From Pelomyxa schiedti (taxonomy: Eukaryota; Protista; Evosea), in assembly GCA_020536535.1 (NCBI GenBank), contig JAHLWZ010000455.1:62001-126000 (forward strand): a stretch of 64,000 nucleotides of DNA, read 5' to 3'. Below, in pieces: positions 59,417-64,000 of this stretch (its first letter is position 1; each line of letters begins with the position of its first letter). A program made the position numbers and the translations under genes. Under the pieces are notes generated by a model. That model ran no database searches, was not told where the DNA came from, and worked only from the letters and a program-made list of their open reading frames with translations.

Positions 59417-62400
59417 ATGTGGAACAAAAAGCGAGTTGATTGCGGACGGGCTGCGTTTGTTGACGTGGGAGTGGCGTTGTTGTTTTCAGTGGGTGCAGGC
59501 TTCATTCTGATCATTTTTTTATTGGCGTTCACTTTCAGCCAAAAAATGTAAAGCTACTGCTCACTCATGGGATTCTCTGTCACCCATCTTAACCCTCTCA
59601 CGGTTTTCCTTTTCAAGGTATTCTTCCCTGGTGGAAATTACAAACGAAGCTATTGAAAGGGCAACAATGAAAGCTACCGCAAACCTTGAGACACAGCACC
59701 GGGGAATCCATTTTGCCCTGGATACATACTCTTCCATGTTCGTCAATGCACTGGAAACCCCACGTGTGCCGGCAACGGGGGCGGAATTGGCTTCGTACTC
59801 CCTGAGGAACGCTAGCTTTCCACAGTGGAATGGCTCTATTTATGCCTCATTTGAGGACTTTGGCGGACCTGCAACTGTGCTATGGCATGCAGAAAGGTTT
59901 GTTGTGACTCCTCCCTGCCAACTTACTTTTTTTTTTGTTTCCCTTCCTCAACTTGATTGAAGATACAACCAATCACAGTTGGACAAGCTAATAGATGTGC
60001 TATTTTGGCGCACAGGGGGACTTGGCCCTATAATGTCCGGCCTCATGGAAACGTGGAGTAGTACTGTTTCTCAGATGTATTCAGTTGTTGGGACCTATAC
60101 CCTCATGTATCCATATTACCCGATGTTTGAGTTCTATGTAGACCTCGAAAACAATCCCAGGGTAATGGCCTTAGATCCTCTACACAACCCCTCGCGAGCA
60201 TTCCTTTTAACTCCAGCTTACCTTGACCAACACGGACTCTGGACTGTTACACTCGCTACTCCAATGTACAGCAGTGATGATTCATATATTGGCCTTGCTG
60301 GATTCGACATCCGTCTGACTCGATTTCTGGACTGCATCGAGCATGCCGGTGGTTTTATTCCATTTGATGCATATGTAGTTATCCTTTCCACCACGGGCAC
60401 CCTCCTTTTCGTACCACCGAAAGGTGCAAGCGATTGGGCTCCTGGTCTTTCCAACTTCTCATTTGATAGAATCAGTGGAGATGCAAAATTCAATGAAACG
60501 TATTGGAACATTCTCACAAACCCCCTCTACGCTGAGGTTGCACAGTCCGTTTGCGACTCATCGTATAGCAACAAATGTGTGGCCACCGAAACAGGACACA
60601 ATGAGGTCCACTTGTGTGGAAACAAGCGCCTCATTTCGTGGCAGGCTCTCCTTGATTATTGGATCGTCATTTGTGTTGCAGATAGAGACAAAGCTGTGGC
60701 AGTGCAAAGAAAAGCCAAGTGGATCAATCTTGTAGTATCTTCAACTCTTGGGCTAGTTGTTGCTCTTGCTGCAGTGGCATGTATTTTCGACATATTTTTA
60801 CTCGTTTATATCTAACATCCTTGCTCAACCAAAACAGAGTATTGCCGCCTATGTGATTAAAAGAATGCAAAACCGAAGTATGTCCAATAAAATAAATGAC
60901 CTGCATGCACAACTGGACAAAGAAAGGCACAGTCACCTCCTCGTTTCAGACAACAACGGGGAAAAGGATACAAAGGGCTTAACTGGTAACATACACAATG
61001 TATGGAAGAAACCATTTCGTCGTAAGTCTTAGCAATGAACACAGATAGTTGAGACACTTAAAGGCCTCTGTGGCCAACTGGATGATGAGGACAGTTCCAT
61101 TGTTCAGGAGGCCATAGCACTTCTTGTTCACAGGGATTTTTCTGGTATCATCCCCCCAGCGTACACCGAAGTTATTTAAACTCACAATTGCTGCTAGTTG
61201 TGCACCCCCGCGCTCCATTGAATGAGACTCAAAAGCGATTCATCCATGATTGTGGAATCGATGTGCAGGAAAGTGGAAAAGAACCCCCACGTTCGGCGTC
61301 AGGTCCCCCGACTCACCGAGAACTAAGTCACGGTAACAAGGAAAACCTTGCGGCTGTTTTCTATATTGCTCGCAGTGCAGATATCAACAAGTGGGACTTC
61401 AGTGTTTTTGAGTATGAGGTAGAGAAATTCGTAATAATATTTTTTTCACTGGTCATTTAATTCAATATGTAGAAAGAAACTAAGAAGACTGGTTTGTGTT
61501 CTAGCAGTCCTGGGCTTTTACCTTGCCTTCTTTTTGCAATATTGAAGCAGTGGAAACTGTTCAAGTGTCTTGATATCGACAAACATAAGCTTCTTAATTT
61601 CGCCCATGCTCTGGATTCGGCCTACTGCTATGGCCAGGAGCATGGTGCTGAAGAGAATCCTTATCACAACCGCCTTCATGCCGCTGATGTGATGCACTCC
61701 ATGTTTTACATGCTCAATGTAGCTCGGCGTTGCTCACAGCCTCTGGACGAGGTTATCACGCCTCTGGATTTGCTTGCTTGTACTATTGCCGCACTCATTC
61801 ACGATTTCAAACACCCTGGCAGGAACAATAATTTTCTCAAAGTTACATTACATAAAATACACACATCGTATGGGGATTCAGTATTGGAAAGGCATCATCT
61901 CAACATGGCATTTGGCCTTCTTTTTGATGAAAGCAAAAACTGCAATGCACTTGCAGGGATGCCTATATCTCAGCAGATAGAATTTCATTCTCTCGTAATG
62001 GAACTTGTATTAGCAACAGATATGGCCAAGTACGTCTCCAGCCTGTGCAAATTAATTCTCACCACTTTTTTTTATTTTATTATTCTTATAATAATACCCA
62101 CAGGCATGTTGAAATTCTCGACTCTTTCCGGTCCTGGTTCAGCACACAGTCAAGGCCACCTTCTTCTGGTGATCCAGAGATCCCCCCTTCGCCACTCATA
62201 CCTTTTATCGACGGAAGAGGGAAGCTTCTTGTATTGCAAGTACTCATAAAAGCGGCGGACTTGTGCAACGTATTTAGAAAGTGGCAAGACTGTAAAACGT
62301 GGACGATGATGCTCGCCAGAGAGCTGTTGCAGCAAGGACAAGATGAAGCAAGAATAGGGCTTCCTGTTTCTCAGTTTATGGATGGGTCTCTTCCCCCGGC

Positions 62401-62597
62401 TGAAGTGCAGGTAAAAAATAGAAAGTACTTCCTTCAAACCAACATAACCACAGATAACGTTCATTCCACTAATGGTTCTACCACTACTGCACTCCATTGT
62501 GGCCCTCTTCCCAGATCTTAAAGATCTTGAGAAAGAAGCATGTGCAAACTTGAGGGAGTGGCGAAACGTACTCAGTGGGAAGCCTGGTGCACCATGA
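59417..62597 (+). CDS. Transmembrane class I cyclic nucleotide phosphodiesterase with extracellular dCache-like domain; multi-exon
   Basis: TM1 (VALLFSVGAGFILIIFLLAF); Cache motif TPAYLDQHGLWTVTLATPMY...YIGLAGFDIRL...YVVILSTTGTLLFVP; TM2; PDE motifs NPYHNRLHAADV, HDFKHPGRNN, VLERHH, LATDM, KAADLCN, EVQ. Confidence 0.88.
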
Positions 62598-62889
62598 CAT
62601 TTGTAAAAAACCAAAAAAAATGATATTGTACAAGATGGCCCCTGCTTGTGGTGTAAAAAGAATAGAGAAAAAGAACGGAAGATTTACGTGCCTTTAGTAG
62701 ACACGAGTTTTATTTAACGTTTAAATAAGCGCTACATAGATCAGGGGGTTAGTGGTGTCAAAAGGGTGATGTAATTAGCAGGTGTCAAATCCAGATTTGG
62801 ATCAGTTGTAGTTGTCTTTCAGTTAAGACGTTTTGGCAGATCTCAAAAAAAAAGTGAAGATCTCAAAGCGGTGCTCACTGCTCGCGAGT

Positions 62890-64000
62890 ATGAACGGGGA
62901 GCTGTTAAGGATTGTGGCGTGTATAATTGTGCTGTGGACTGGAGCCACATGCGGATCTAAGAGTAAAGGAGCGTGCCAATTTGGGCTGTGCTATACTTTG
63001 AACAAGGCCGACTGCTTAAACGATCAAGAGTGCGCTTGGAATGCAGAATGGGAATGTGAAGTGGACAACTGCTTGGCATCTTTGTCAAAAACTGAATGTC
63101 ACTGGGATCCAAGGTTTGTACAAAGTGTTGGCTTTTCTTTTAATCTTTTTTTCCGTTAGATGCTTCTGGGGTACCTGCTTATTGTGAGTGGTAAAGGCGA
63201 ATCTTACCGGGTTTTAGATTCTGGTATTTGTCGTTCAACGTGTTTGCATCATGCAAAATCGCGTCAAGAGTGTGAGATGTATAATGAATGTAAGTGGTCT
63301 GCTTCCACAAAGGACAAAAAAGAAGACAAGGCCGCCTGTATCCAGAAGAGGTTAGAGAGATTGTTCTTACCTATTTCTAATGCAGCTTTTTAAGCTATGG
63401 CAATGCATCTTGTCTCAAGTCTGCCTCTTAGTGCTTAGTTCTACTATTTTTGTAAAGAAATTTCCAGATTCAAGTCGGCAGAAACATGTTTGGCAGATTT
63501 TTGCTATTGGGACTATTTCACAAATACCTGTATGAGGATTTATTTCGTGGTGGTTTTGGCTCCCCATCATGAATAGGTAGAAAGCCCGGGACTACGGACA
63601 GGAAATGCGAGAATAAAAACTATACTGTATGAATTCTCCTTCAGGAAGTCTGTGGATAACAAGAATGCGTGTAGGAATGTCTTGATAATAAAAAATGCAT
63701 GTGGGTTCCATCTGATGGAGTACTCGCAATTGGTATGTTACCTTAATTCCGTTCTTGGGATAAAACTGTTGCACAGAAAAGTGCACTCCTGATCAGTGTG
63801 CACTTCTGAGTAAAAGTCGGTGTCGAAAGGCTTGGTCAGTGTGCTCATGGAATGCAACATCGAGGACTTGCAGGTGAGACTGAGGTGTTCTGATTAGTTT
63901 GACTAAAAATGTCAAAGGAACTTATGTGCCGGAAATGATATCAATATTTGTTCCAAGAATCCCCAGTGTGTATGGGTTCAACCATATGATGACATACAGG
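62890..64000 (+). CDS. Secreted/surface cysteine-rich repeat protein (partial, runs off window)
   Basis: Signal peptide MNGELLRIVACIIVLWTGATCG then repeated C-x7/8-C-x5-C-x-W units split by short introns. Confidence 0.7.

Noticed and set aside
62635-62645. ATGGCCCCTGC match to U6 snRNA (also GAGAAGATT at 45301)
   Set aside because: Isolated 9-11 nt matches without the ACAGAGA box and AGC triad context.

Overview
Gene-dense, intron-rich eukaryotic genomic DNA with about 25 protein-coding genes, introns mostly about 30-80 nt, very short intergenic gaps and one 100-N scaffold gap. Gene content (APL-like FHA-PBZ-permuted macrodomain protein, HRDLACRN tyrosine kinase, receptor-type class III cyclase, TRIM-like protein, T/P/GV low-complexity runs) suggests an amoebozoan protist, possibly an archamoeba such as Pelomyxa; this is inference only. 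The supplied ORF track is fragmented by introns, so gene models were spliced by eye and their ends are approximate. Recognisable genes include CAF-1B, an RGS-RhoGEF, a beta-lactamase-family hydrolase, an adenylyl cyclase, ETF-beta, kinesin-13, a P/U-type cyclin, phospholipase B-like, ATG4, SLC35F6-like, Hikeshi, GH29 fucosidase, a RING-B-box-coiled-coil protein, FAH-family, a Rab, Listerin, a tyrosine kinase, a YEATS protein and a class I PDE. The most interesting observations are: (1) a Cache-domain 'receptor phosphodiesterase' that mirrors a receptor adenylyl cyclase in the same window; (2) three adjacent genes resembling an ADP-ribose writer (tandem NEURL4-type ART), a possible eraser (metallophosphoesterase) and a reader (FHA-PBZ-circularly permuted macrodomain); (3) a two-copy ~540 bp repeat with a tRNA-like Pol III core; (4) a two-copy ~80 bp hairpin just upstream of start codons; (5) very relaxed splice signals including required GC-AG introns and micro-exons.
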